A stretch of 64,000 bases of DNA, from positions 1 to 64,000 of IMG/VR virus record IMGVR_UViG_3300040801_001810; one strand, written 5' to 3'. This document shows positions 28,036 through 38,729 of this stretch, piece after piece. The notes below the pieces were generated by a model that was given only the letters and a program-made list of their open reading frames with translations, did no database searches and was not told the DNA's origin. The translations under genes and the position numbers were made by a program. Every line of letters starts with the position of its first letter. Position 1 is the stretch's first letter. This DNA comes from a virus (taxonomy: Duplodnaviria; Heunggongvirae; Uroviricota; Caudoviricetes).

Positions 28036-28235
28036 TGCCATATCAAAAAGTACATGTAACAATCAATAAGAAAACTGGAAAGATGACTATTGAAGGTGAT
28101 GGTTTTATTGGTAATCAATGTGATGTCTTAGAACAAGTTGAGCACCAACTTGGAACAGTAACTCACACAGAAGATAAACCAGAAAGACACCAGTATGTTC
28201 AACCAGATTATGTTCCTAATACATTAGGTAGATAA
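28035..28235 (+). CDS. DUF2997 protein, copy 2
   Basis: VTINKKTGKMTIEGDGFIGNQC....LG......KPE. Confidence 0.75.
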   Translation: MPYQKVHVTINKKTGKMTIEGDGFIGNQCDVLEQVEHQLGTVTHTEDKPERHQYVQPDYVPNTLGR

Positions 28236-28628
28236 ATGTCTTTAGCTGCAATTGAAAACTTAATTAGACATAATCATTATAAATTAGAGGGGACTAAAAT
28301 TGTCCCCTGTTCTTTAAATGAATGGTCTAAGTTTCTTAGTAGTAATAATAGATCGTTAGGTAATGATTCTGACCACGGAATTACTGTATCAACAGTATTT
28401 CTAGGATTAGATCATAATTTTTCTAAAGAAGGACCACCAATATTATTTGAATCTATGTCGTTCGGTGCAGACGAAGAAGATTGTGAGCGATATGACACCT
28501 ATCAAAATGCAATGATAGGACATAGAATTTTATGTGCTAAATATAATATTGTTCCTAAGATAGTAGTTGATAAGATTACAACTACAGTTAAAGTTTACCG
28601 TCCAACTAAATTAATACTTAGAAGATAA
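28236..28628 (+). CDS. conserved-looking hypothetical phage protein
   Basis: VSTVFLGLDH..P.LFESM.FG...RY.T..A..GH. Confidence 0.65.
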   Translation: MSLAAIENLIRHNHYKLEGTKIVPCSLNEWSKFLSSNNRSLGNDSDHGITVSTVFLGLDHNFSKEGPPILFESMSFGADEEDCERYDTYQNAMIGHRILCAKYNIVPKIVVDKITTTVKVYRPTKLILRR

Positions 28629-28676
28629 AAAGCTTACGCACGGAGAAATTGAAAAAATTTTGGTGGCGATTTAAGA
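28629..28676. repeat. dispersed 48-bp intergenic repeat, copy B
   Basis: AAAGCTTACGCACGGAGAAATTGAAAAAATTTTGGTGGCGATTTAAGA, matches copy A. Confidence 0.8.
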
Positions 28677-28697
28677 TTCAATAAGGAAACCCAAAAA

Positions 28698-29306
28698 ATG
28701 TTGCATGAAATAGTATCTGATTTTATTGTCAAAGGCAATACAATTATTACAGGACCAACTGGTAATGGTATTACTTCTTTAACATTGCATCTAATGAATT
28801 GCTTACTAAAAGATGACATAAATATTTTATATTATAACTCTACACAAGAGATACAAAAAGATTTTGTTAAGAAATTTTATCCTAGAGTATATTCAGACGT
28901 TTTATTTTATCAAGGAGATTTGTATACTCTAACTAATTATCTAGAATTTATTAATTATGATATTGATTATTTAATAATAGATCCTGGCGATAGTATTATG
29001 GTTAATAAGAAATTAATACCATTGCTTGTATCTATATTTCATGAAAAGAAAAAACTAATAGTTACGTCACAGATTAGACAGGATCCTACTCAAGGAGGAC
29101 AAGTTTATAGTCCAATTGAAAAACTTAATAATACTTATAATGGAACTCTTTTCAAGTATAGTTTATGGATTAGAGATGTAACTCAGGAAACAAATATATT
29201 TAAGGAAAGATACGTAGATATATTTGATAAGATTAGAGTTGGTAATAAATATATCAGAAGATATATTGCAAAGTTTAATGAACGAGAGGGAAACATAGTA
29301 TCATGA
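28698..29306 (+). CDS. degenerate RecA/RadB-like P-loop protein
   Basis: ITGPTGNGIT (Walker A Lys lost), LIID, VTSQIR. Confidence 0.55.
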   Translation: MLHEIVSDFIVKGNTIITGPTGNGITSLTLHLMNCLLKDDINILYYNSTQEIQKDFVKKFYPRVYSDVLFYQGDLYTLTNYLEFINYDIDYLIIDPGDSIMVNKKLIPLLVSIFHEKKKLIVTSQIRQDPTQGGQVYSPIEKLNNTYNGTLFKYSLWIRDVTQETNIFKERYVDIFDKIRVGNKYIRRYIAKFNEREGNIVS

Positions 29307-30826
29307 CAAGAGTATACCAATCAGGAAATATGCCTGCTCACGTTGCTGCTTTTGCTCAACAATTATCTGGAGCTTTTAGTGGATTAAAAGAAACAGAATT
29401 TTGGGAAGCATCAAGTATAGATGAGTTCGAAAAAAAAGCATCAGAGATAGGATATGAAATTTGTCCTTCAGCAGATATGTCAACTGGTAGATCATATCTA
29501 GTTGGATTTGATGTAGCAGATTCAGAACTTGTGCTAGCTGACGGCACTAGTTATGCTCAATTAAAAATGTATTTTATTGAGGTAACCTCGAGTGAGTTAA
29601 ATGCCTGGACCAATAAAATTAAAGAGCATAGAGATTTACAACAAGAAGATTACTTCTTAAGAACAAAAGGTGGAATCAAACATGATTAATGATGGATTCT
29701 CAATAACAGTGGATGAAGAAAAAGAAATGAAGAACTTTAAGAAGACTTCAGCCTATGGATCATATTTAAAATCAATAGCATCTTCTCCTACGTTCTCAGT
29801 TCTAATGAATGAACACATAAATGATATCGATATAACAGACGATATACAGAAGCTGGTTATCAATGGAAAAAATCCAGACACTCAAACAGCTAAAGCTCTC
29901 AATGATGTATTTAAAAGATCCATATCACGGATGGCAATTGGAATAGTAGCTGATACTTTTATATTAAAAGAACTAGAAGAAATTAAAATAGAAGAAGTAA
30001 TTGGTGGATTGAAGGAAGACTCTGCTGTAACTTATTTACTAGGATTAGCAGATAAAAAGTACTATGATCAAGCTGCTAAGCTAGTCAAAGAAGGTAAGCT
30101 AGAAGAAAATAGCATTGCTGTTAGAGGGTTACTTGCTTATATGAAGAACGCAGGAGTAGCTAAAAATGAGGAAAAAGAATTGTTATTAAGAGCAAATAAG
30201 AAAACAACCATGCCGCAAGTTCCTCAGATAAATACTAAAAAAGATACAATGAAAGTAGACTTTGATAGTAACCATATTGAACTATAGGGAACAAAATGGA
30301 AATTAAAATCAGTGACAAAAATTTAGGGGAGTGTGTTATAACTCCATTTAAAAAGATTGGAAAAGATGAAGAATATATCATCAAGTCATTGGCTGTCTTA
30401 CAAATATTAACAATGAATTCTGAAGAAGATAAAGAAAAGTTTAAAGAATTTGTAAGTATTTTAAAAGAAACTTCACAACGAATAGAAGATTTGTACTCAG
30501 AGGAAATAGAATCTAATGAATTCACAGCAAACGAACAATTCTAACTTAACTATAAATTCTAAACACTTCAGTGATAGAATAGATACTGATATAATTCAGC
30601 TGACCAAGACAATTATGTTAGAATATGGACTAGAATTAGAAGAAGCTAAGTCTATGGCTCGAAAGAAGATACAGAAAAAGCTGAATAGTATTATGACTAG
30701 CATTGAGTCCCAAGGAATTACTGATCTTATTTATAATACAAAAGAAATAATTAAAACTGGACGAGGAGTATTAGAAAAAACATATGCCAAATCAGTTTAC
30801 GAATTACTTAAGACTATGGAGCTACT

Positions 30827-31354
30827 ATGAGAATAAATGATTGGGAAGAACTAGAAGATTTAACTAAGCAATTATTATCTTCTGACTCACCAAAGAAGCC
30901 AGCAAATAGTGGTGGAACAAAAAAAGAAGAAGATGTAATAAGTAAGAATATAGTAGCTCAATGTAAATATACTGACTCAAAAAATATGTCAATATTAAAC
31001 AAGGATTTACAACGACTATTAGAAGCATGTAAACTCCAAGAAAAACTACCTTTATTTGTAACAAGTAATGGTGGAGATACTATTGTTTCTATTCCTTTAA
31101 ATGATAATACAATTGATATTCTAAATAAATTAATTCTAGTGATGTGTGGATGTAATGGAATACAACAAGCAACAGATACACTAGATAAAATACATGATAT
31201 TCATACATGGGAAGCAGTTAGAAGATTAACTAATTCTTCTTTATGTAAGATTAAATCTGTATATGATGAAGCAAAAACTACACATACAAAGTGTGAAGCA
31301 AAACTTAGTAGATTATATGATGATCTTACTATGTATAATCTATTTGATAACTAG
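30827..31354 (+). CDS. PD-(D/E)XK nuclease / resolvase-like
   Basis: W.ELE, NSGG..EED, AQCKYT, KLPLFV. Confidence 0.55.
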   Translation: MRINDWEELEDLTKQLLSSDSPKKPANSGGTKKEEDVISKNIVAQCKYTDSKNMSILNKDLQRLLEACKLQEKLPLFVTSNGGDTIVSIPLNDNTIDILNKLILVMCGCNGIQQATDTLDKIHDIHTWEAVRRLTNSSLCKIKSVYDEAKTTHTKCEAKLSRLYDDLTMYNLFDN

Positions 31355-31362
31355 GAGATAAT

Positions 31363-32502
31363 ATGCCACTTAGTGCAGAAAAAAGAAAACAAATTAAGAA
31401 GCTAAAGGATAAGTTTATTAAAGATAATAAGCTTGATCCAGAAACTATTAAGATGGGATTCTTAAATGAGGATCCAACCATTGGAGTTATAGATAGACTC
31501 CCAACAGGAATCATAGCATTTGATGTAGTTACTAATGGGGGATTTGCCAAGGGTAAGATCAACCAGATATTTGGTGGTGAGTCGGCTGGTAAGTCTACCT
31601 TATTCCAAAGAGCAATGGGTAACTGGCAACAGGCTAATCCTGATTACTTTACTGCTTACCTGCCTAGTGAAAAGAGCTTTGATAGAGAGTGGGCAATCGC
31701 TAATGGATGTGATCCTGATATGTTATGGATCTTTGAAGCACTTAATGCTGAGATGAACCTAGACTTTTGTATGAAGTGTGCACTACCTGAAAATGGTGTT
31801 GATTGTTTAATCATTGATACTCTACAAGCACTTGCTTCAGTTAAGGAAGTATATAAAAAATCAGGTGGAAAAATAACTAAGACAGAGAAATCAGTAGAAT
31901 CAGATAGTATGGCCCTCCTTCCAAGATTATATTCTCAGTTCCTTCGTATGTATACTTCTCGAAGTGTTGATAATCTTACACTAATTCTAGCATCTCAGGT
32001 ACGTACTGACTTGGCTCCTATGGCTAATGGTGCTAAGCGTGCCACTGGAGGTAATGCTATTGGTCACTATAATGTACTGAGTGTTAAGATGACTCGTACA
32101 GGTAAGACTGATTGGCCTACTTCTGAGATTCCACCTAATTCATATCCAGGTAAGTTTGTAATAGATAAGTCTAAACTTAAAGATAGATATAAAGGTAATG
32201 AACTACCATTCTATTTCTATAAAGGATCCTTTGATCACAATTTTAATGTAGTAGCTCTAGCCAAGAAGCTCGAGATCTTTGATGGTAAGAAGTATATAAT
32301 GTCTACTGGTGAAGAAATTACTTCTCGAGGATTTAATGATTTCTTTGATAACAAAGCAACACCTGAAGTTATAGCAGATATGGAAGCAAGATTAATGCCT
32401 ACATATACTGAACTAGTAATGGGCTATGCCCCTAAAGTAATAACCGAAGATATAGAGGATGCCGATGGCGAAATTGAATCTGAGGGACAACTCGAAGAAT
32501 AG
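31363..32502 (+). CDS. recA: RecA/UvsX recombinase
   Basis: PTGIIAFD..GG..GK, GGESAGKST, IIDT, SQVR, ATGGNA. Confidence 0.9.
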   Translation: MPLSAEKRKQIKKLKDKFIKDNKLDPETIKMGFLNEDPTIGVIDRLPTGIIAFDVVTNGGFAKGKINQIFGGESAGKSTLFQRAMGNWQQANPDYFTAYLPSEKSFDREWAIANGCDPDMLWIFEALNAEMNLDFCMKCALPENGVDCLIIDTLQALASVKEVYKKSGGKITKTEKSVESDSMALLPRLYSQFLRMYTSRSVDNLTLILASQVRTDLAPMANGAKRATGGNAIGHYNVLSVKMTRTGKTDWPTSEIPPNSYPGKFVIDKSKLKDRYKGNELPFYFYKGSFDHNFNVVALAKKLEIFDGKKYIMSTGEEITSRGFNDFFDNKATPEVIADMEARLMPTYTELVMGYAPKVITEDIEDADGEIESEGQLEE

Positions 32503-32813
32503 TATTAAAGAACAAGTTGAAAAATTTGTATATAAACAGGTACAGGAAGCTTGGATGCCTCCTGTTCCTTTTATATTAGGTAAGTCATACATAATTAGAA
32601 CTATTAATATGTGTGATATAGGAACAGTGATAAGAGTAGTTGGTAATTTTATTGAGCTAGACGATGATGCTGTATGGGTAGCTAATGCTGGCAGCTGGAA
32701 AGCATTACTAGAAAATAAATTAGACACCAGCACTATATTTAAATTCAGACACATTACTGGTGTGAATACATCATCTATTGTGGATTATACTGAATGGAAA
32801 TGGGCTATACCTG

Positions 32814-33080
32814 ATGGAGTATAAAGATTACTTAGGAAGAAATATTATTCCAAAACAAAATTGCTTATATATTAGGAAAACTCCTAGTAGATATTCTGCC
32901 AGTATAGAGTTAAGGAAAGCATATATAGTTGAGCTAACTCCTAAGATGGTTAAGATATGTTATAAATTTAAGAAGAAACATAAGATTACTAATGTAGCTT
33001 CCAATAGTTTAATACTTTTAAATGATAAAGACTTTCCAGATATAATGGAAGAATATATGAGGGAGAGTAATGGCGCATAA
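32814..33080 (+). CDS. SH3/KOW-like small protein, paralog 1
   Basis: KDYLGRNI...CLY...IVELTPKMVKI. Confidence 0.6.
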   Translation: MEYKDYLGRNIIPKQNCLYIRKTPSRYSASIELRKAYIVELTPKMVKICYKFKKKHKITNVASNSLILLNDKDFPDIMEEYMRESNGA

Positions 33081-33309
33081 AGATGTATTCGGTAGAGAAT
33101 TAAAAGTTGGACAAAAATGTTTATATGTTAATCATGTAAGACATCATGCAGGTATCTATCCAACAACAATAAAAGGATTTACTCCAAAATCAGTTAAAAT
33201 AATTCATAAACGATGGTCATGGAAAGAAAATAATATAACAATAGTAACTCCTAGCAGTTTAATAGTACTATCAGAGGAAGGTATTAATTGGGATGCAGTT
33301 AACGGATGA
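33070..33309 (+). CDS. SH3/KOW-like small protein, paralog 2
   Basis: KDVFGREL...CLY...IKGFTPKSVKI. Confidence 0.6.
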   Translation: MAHKDVFGRELKVGQKCLYVNHVRHHAGIYPTTIKGFTPKSVKIIHKRWSWKENNITIVTPSSLIVLSEEGINWDAVNG

Positions 33310-34975
33310 ACAACAAATAATACTAGATAATTCTGGTAAGAATATGTACATAAGTGCAGCGCCTGGTAGTGGCAAGTCTACTATGTTAGGAAACATAACA
33401 GAGAAATTACTTAAGGATCCAAATAACTATGTATTATTAGTAACTTTTACTAACAAAGCAGCTAAGTCTATTGTTAGTAAGTGTGCAAGTGTTGATCAAG
33501 AAAGAATTTTAGGGGGTACCTTCCATGGCTTAGCTAACTTATTAGCTAAGAAGAATAAAATCTTTTGGAATATATGTGATGAAGGTAAGAAAAGATTAAT
33601 TATTAAAAAGATATTTGACTGTAAGAAAGATAAAGAAAAGTTTACAGCTATACTAGATGAAATCTCTGTAGCCAAGTCTAAATATCCAATGTTAACTTCT
33701 TCTAATCTTTCTAAATACAATTGTGAATTAAATAAATATAACCTAGTTGACTTTGATGACATGATATTTCAATTTATAAATACATGTTCACAATTTAATT
33801 TTAATCTTCCTCCTATTACACATATCCTTGTTGATGAGCTTCAAGACACCTCCGCTCCGCAACTTGAAATGCTAAAAGCCTTGCACACTAAACTACAGTG
33901 CAATATGATTGGAGTAGCTGATGATGACCAAAGTATCTATGCGTGGAGAGGCGCTCGTCCTGAAAATGTTAAAGATTTTATTAAGCATTTTGCTTGTCCC
34001 ATATATAATATGGGTTACAATTTCCGAAGTTACACTAGGATTGTGGAAACTTCTAAGACGCTTATTGAGAATAATAAGAAGAGAATTCCTAAGGTCATAC
34101 GAGCCTTCCAGAAAGACACAGGATCAGTAAGAGAAGTACAGTTAAAAGATCACTTTGATGAAATAGGCTATATGGTAAGTAAGTGCCGACAATTATATAA
34201 TAAAGATATCACAATCCTTTATCGTAACAGGACTTATAAGAATCACTTAGAGTTTGAACTTAAGAAAGCACGCTTAGACTACTGTGTTAACGATGCCTTA
34301 GACCTAGTTGATAGATCAGCAATCAAAGTTATGTTCAGTGCCATGAAGATAGGTGCTATGATGGGAGATCTATATGATTTGGAATATGCTGCTAAGGGTC
34401 TGAAGGGCTTGGGTGCTACAACTGTTAAGTCAATTGCTTCGCAAGTAACCAAAGAAAATACAGTATCAAAAATATTATTAGATAAATTTAAGGACTTTAA
34501 ATCTGCTAGGCGATTCATATCAATACTAGATATACATAGATGGTACGATAAATATAAAAATAGTTCACTCGATATGTATGCTAGAGAAATAGAGAAGCAT
34601 TTCATACAGTCATTTGATTATCAAGATGACATGAGAAGTTTTATTCTAGATATTACTGCTGAGTATAAGACATGCGGATCTGATATAATAGATCTCTGTA
34701 ATGACCTAGGATTAAGTGGAAAAGAAGAACATGCTGATGAGGGAGCTAGAATAGAACTGTCCACAGTACATGGTTACAAAGGCTTAGAAAGAGATATAGT
34801 GATGATGCCTTGGTGTAGTATGTATCTTGAAGCAAAACCTGGTAAAGTTATAGAACTAGAAGACGAACGAAGATTATTCTATGTAGCTGCTACAAGAGCT
34901 AAAGAACAATTACTAATGACGTATTCTGGCAAAATGCCACGATTCATAAGAGAGATGAAAGTATATGGCAATTAA
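33293..34975 (+). CDS. UvrD/PcrA-like SF1 helicase
   Basis: AAPGSGKS, TFTNKAA, GTFH, VDELQDT, DDDQSIYAWRGA, NFRS, STVHGYKGLE, ERRLFYVAATRAK. Confidence 0.93.
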   Translation: MQLTDEQQIILDNSGKNMYISAAPGSGKSTMLGNITEKLLKDPNNYVLLVTFTNKAAKSIVSKCASVDQERILGGTFHGLANLLAKKNKIFWNICDEGKKRLIIKKIFDCKKDKEKFTAILDEISVAKSKYPMLTSSNLSKYNCELNKYNLVDFDDMIFQFINTCSQFNFNLPPITHILVDELQDTSAPQLEMLKALHTKLQCNMIGVADDDQSIYAWRGARPENVKDFIKHFACPIYNMGYNFRSYTRIVETSKTLIENNKKRIPKVIRAFQKDTGSVREVQLKDHFDEIGYMVSKCRQLYNKDITILYRNRTYKNHLEFELKKARLDYCVNDALDLVDRSAIKVMFSAMKIGAMMGDLYDLEYAAKGLKGLGATTVKSIASQVTKENTVSKILLDKFKDFKSARRFISILDIHRWYDKYKNSSLDMYAREIEKHFIQSFDYQDDMRSFILDITAEYKTCGSDIIDLCNDLGLSGKEEHADEGARIELSTVHGYKGLERDIVMMPWCSMYLEAKPGKVIELEDERRLFYVAATRAKEQLLMTYSGKMPRFIREMKVYGN

Positions 34976-35781
34976 TCTAAGAAAAACAGACACTAAAACA
35001 GACTTAGAACTTTATAAAGAATTCGCTACTATTCATAAAGAAGAAGTAGAAAAAATAGTTAATTCAGTAGGAATAAAAAATGTAGACTTCGCCCAAGGTA
35101 ATTTATGTGATGAATCATTACGATTTTCTTTATTAATAAAAAAAAGACTTGAGATTATATTAGAACGAGAGATATCTTTTGAAGAGATGGGTCCATTAAT
35201 TAATATAATGGATGGTGTAGTCAAACACCAATGTATGACTAAAAAAATAGACTATGGTACTATAAACTATAGAAGAAGAGTAGAACTCTTTATAGAAATA
35301 TGGAAATTAAATGAATTAGAAGGGTATACAAATGAATTCATCTACTACGCTAGAGAAATCGATAGAGAAGCAGTCGAAAGAAGAGAAAAAGAAAGGAAAG
35401 CAAGAGAGAAACCGACTTCGACGGAATCAATGGAATTTTTGGATGATAAAACTTACCACGTATAAATGGTATATATTAGATACATTAAGAATATTCTTTT
35501 GGAATTGGAGATAACATGAGTAATTATATGACCGAAAATCAGGAGCTAATAACTCATGATAAGGTAGATGAATGGCTACTTAATGGACTAAGGAGAAGAT
35601 TTGTTAAGGTGTGTGAAGAAGGATTAGTTAATATAAATTTCTGTGATATAACTCCTGGAGATTTAATCATGTGTTTTGACGGAGACGAACTTATAGAACA
35701 TGAAAAGGGTTGTAAAGAATTTGAGGCAACTAGCTACCCGTATACATATAATGGACTATTATTAATCGAGGTACTTCCAAA

Positions 35782-36396
35782 ATGGTAGATTTATTTTCTG
35801 TTGGCAAGACACCACTAGAGCGATATCTAGATTTAAAAGAAGAGCTAGTTGTAGCAGCTAATAGGGATGGATCTAAAATTAAAAGTAATAAGGTAAAAAT
35901 ATATATAGGGGACCATGATACAGAAGGAAATCCACTAAATATAAACAACAATATTTTAATTGTATCTGAACCTTACTTTACAAAACCATTTGAAACTTCT
36001 GATGATAAAAAACTTTATAAACTTTTGTCTGAATTTGATATAACAAATTTCTTTTATACTTATTACTTTTGGTACAAAAAAAATACAAACGTATCCCTTA
36101 AAGATATAAAACAAAATGGACATTGGATAAAAAGACTAGTAGATATACTAGAGCCTAAGTTAATAATATGTATGGGAGAGAAGGCTCAGTTCTCCTTTCT
36201 TAAGAAGAAAGCTATGCTAAGAGACTACCATGGCAAACAGATAGGGGAGATAGATGAGATACCAATATACACCACATATCCAATTAGTTATTATGTAGAA
36301 CGATCTGAGTTTGAAGACAGATCATTTAAAAATTTTATTAAGACTAAAGATTGGACATCAATCCAAGCTAAATATAAGGAGCTAATCAATGATTAG
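35782..36396 (+). CDS. uracil-DNA-glycosylase-like protein (family 4-like, divergent)
   Basis: ILIVSEP, LEPKLIICMGEKA, HGK, TTYP. Confidence 0.55.
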   Translation: MVDLFSVGKTPLERYLDLKEELVVAANRDGSKIKSNKVKIYIGDHDTEGNPLNINNNILIVSEPYFTKPFETSDDKKLYKLLSEFDITNFFYTYYFWYKKNTNVSLKDIKQNGHWIKRLVDILEPKLIICMGEKAQFSFLKKKAMLRDYHGKQIGEIDEIPIYTTYPISYYVERSEFEDRSFKNFIKTKDWTSIQAKYKELIND

Positions 36397-36613
36397 ATTT
36401 GAAGATTATACGTGTCCAGAATGCGGCCACACAAAATCAGATGTAGTGGTAGATAAATCAGTAATAGATGATCAACGACCAACATGTTCAATGTGTAATA
36501 CTAAAATGGAAAAAATGATTGGTGGACTATCAATCAAAACCAATTCAAGAACAGAACGATCATATCCTACACACCTACTTGGAGGTGGTGAACGTGCAAG
36601 ATTCGATAGATAA
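36389..36613 (+). CDS. FmdB-like zinc-ribbon protein
   Basis: DYTCPECG...PTCSMC..MEKMI. Confidence 0.7.
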   Translation: MIRFEDYTCPECGHTKSDVVVDKSVIDDQRPTCSMCNTKMEKMIGGLSIKTNSRTERSYPTHLLGGGERARFDR

Positions 36614-37769
36614 ACTTTCTATTTATGGTACGCCAGAAAAAGATCTTTTATTTGATTTCCTATGTAAAGTAGTAAACAATATGAGTTCTGCTAGTATAGA
36701 AGTAAGAAAAGTAATTAAATTATCTCCAAAGTTTAAGATAAGAAGATTTAATACTATTGAAAATCCTTATGATTGGGTAAGATATCATACAGCTGATAAT
36801 GTATTCAGAGATATGAGAAAAGTATTAGATGAAGACACAGAAATACGGCGCTTTGACTTTGTAATAAGTAAAGGTATAATCACAACAGATGAAAAAAATT
36901 GCAGAGGAAAAGTAGAGTGTAATGTTCTTGGATGGAAAGTATTCGTCCCTCAAACAGCTAGACATAGCGTTAAAGAAAAAGAATACTTTGAGATAACTCA
37001 TGATTCCTTTAACCATTATAATACAGAGAATGTAGTACAGTTATGACATGTATAAATAGAATACATTCAATTGGATGCGTTACACCAATAATATATAATA
37101 AGAAAAATAAAGAAAGCTTCCAAGAGATAATATATACATCACAACATCAGCTTGATTATGACGGTATAATGTTAAGAAAGAATTTCTTAGTACCACATGA
37201 TAATGCTAGATTTGCTGGAACCAATACTTATATAAATCCAGCAAAGTTATTAAATGTATCAGTTGGAAAATCTCTAATAATGGCATACGGGTTAGTTATT
37301 AACCCATATCATACTAAAGTTTTACCATTAGATATGGATGGGGTACAGTATTCAACAGTAAAGAAAACAGCAGAACGATTACTTAGTAATAATATGTGGG
37401 GAGTATATATTGATCAAATAGATATTGTAGATAGTTCGATTGGAAAAAACAACTATCACATATATATTTTGTTTAATGATTGGGTTAATGTCATTAGAAT
37501 GATAAAACTTATCCCTTTATTATGTACAGGATACAAACGATTTATAGCTGTGCGAGAAGAAATTGTAATAAGAACTTCACAGAAATTCTTTTTTGATAAA
37601 AGACGTAAAGAACAACCTGCACCAAAATATCTAGATATATATGAAAAAGAAGGAAATTCGATAAGGCAGTATTCAAACTTTAACTTTCCTGGAGGAGAGT
37701 TAAAAGATACGATAACTTTAAATACTAAAGATGAAGCACCAGAACCTAAAAAAAGGATATGTCTAAGAC

Positions 37770-38159
37770 ATGGCTAAAACAACAGCATCAAGAAAAGCTA
37801 AAGGTAGAAGACTACAGAATCATGTAGTTAAAGTATTACTAGAAAAGTTTCCAATGCTAACAGAATCAGATGTTAGAAGCACACCAATGGGATGCACAGG
37901 AGAAGACGTATGGTTAAGTGAAGCAGCCAGAGTAACATTTCCTTATGCAGTTGAAGCAAAGAACACAGAAAGATTAAATATTTGGGCAGCTTTGAAGCAA
38001 GCAGAAACAGAAAGAAAAGGAACTCCACTAGTAGTATTCTCAAAGAATCATGCAAAAATATATTGCGCAATGGAGTTTGATCATTTCATGGACTTAATAG
38101 AAGAACTAGAAGAACTAAGATTAAATAAAGACTTGGAGGAAATAAATGCAGAAAGTTAA
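37770..38159 (+). CDS. Holliday-junction resolvase-like PD-(D/E)XK nuclease
   Basis: SRKAKGRRLQ, STPMG..GEDV, VEAKNTE, QA, PLVVF. Confidence 0.8.
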   Translation: MAKTTASRKAKGRRLQNHVVKVLLEKFPMLTESDVRSTPMGCTGEDVWLSEAARVTFPYAVEAKNTERLNIWAALKQAETERKGTPLVVFSKNHAKIYCAMEFDHFMDLIEELEELRLNKDLEEINAES

Positions 38160-38718
38160 AGTAATAGGTTGTGGTGGAATTGGATCCTATTTTGCACAAC
38201 ATATAGAAAGACTTATTGACCTTAAACAGATTTCAGATATGAAATTCACATTCTATGATGACGACATAGTAGAACTAAAGAACATACTTTATCAGAATTT
38301 TGAGACAAGCGATATTGATTCTAATAAGACAGATGCATTGGCTACCAAGTTTTTTAATATAAATTTTGATACCAAGAGATTAGACCTTGAGGATCTTAAA
38401 GAAAGCGATTTAATAATTCTCTGTGCAGATAATAATAAAATTAGAAAAGAAGCTTGGGAAGCATGGACTAAATATAATATTAAATTTATTGACTCAAGAG
38501 CAAATGGAAGAGCAATTGGTATCTTTTCCAGCGACACTGAAAATTATATTAAAACAATTAGTGATAGCGACAAGCCATCTTCATGCCAGAATCCATTTCA
38601 AATAGCTAAGAAAGAAATTGAATATGGTAATGTAGTTATAGCGTCAGCCTTAGCACAAGTTGTATTAAATTACAGTAGATCAAAAAGGTTACCACCAGAC
38701 TTTATGATTAACCTATAG
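38146..38718 (+). CDS. ThiF/E1-like adenylyltransferase
   Basis: VIGCGGIGS, YDDDIVELKN..YQNF, NKTDAL, CADN..IR, IDSR, SSCQ. Confidence 0.88.
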   Translation: MQKVKVIGCGGIGSYFAQHIERLIDLKQISDMKFTFYDDDIVELKNILYQNFETSDIDSNKTDALATKFFNINFDTKRLDLEDLKESDLIILCADNNKIRKEAWEAWTKYNIKFIDSRANGRAIGIFSSDTENYIKTISDSDKPSSCQNPFQIAKKEIEYGNVVIASALAQVVLNYSRSKRLPPDFMINL

Positions 38719-38729
38719 GAATAAGAATA

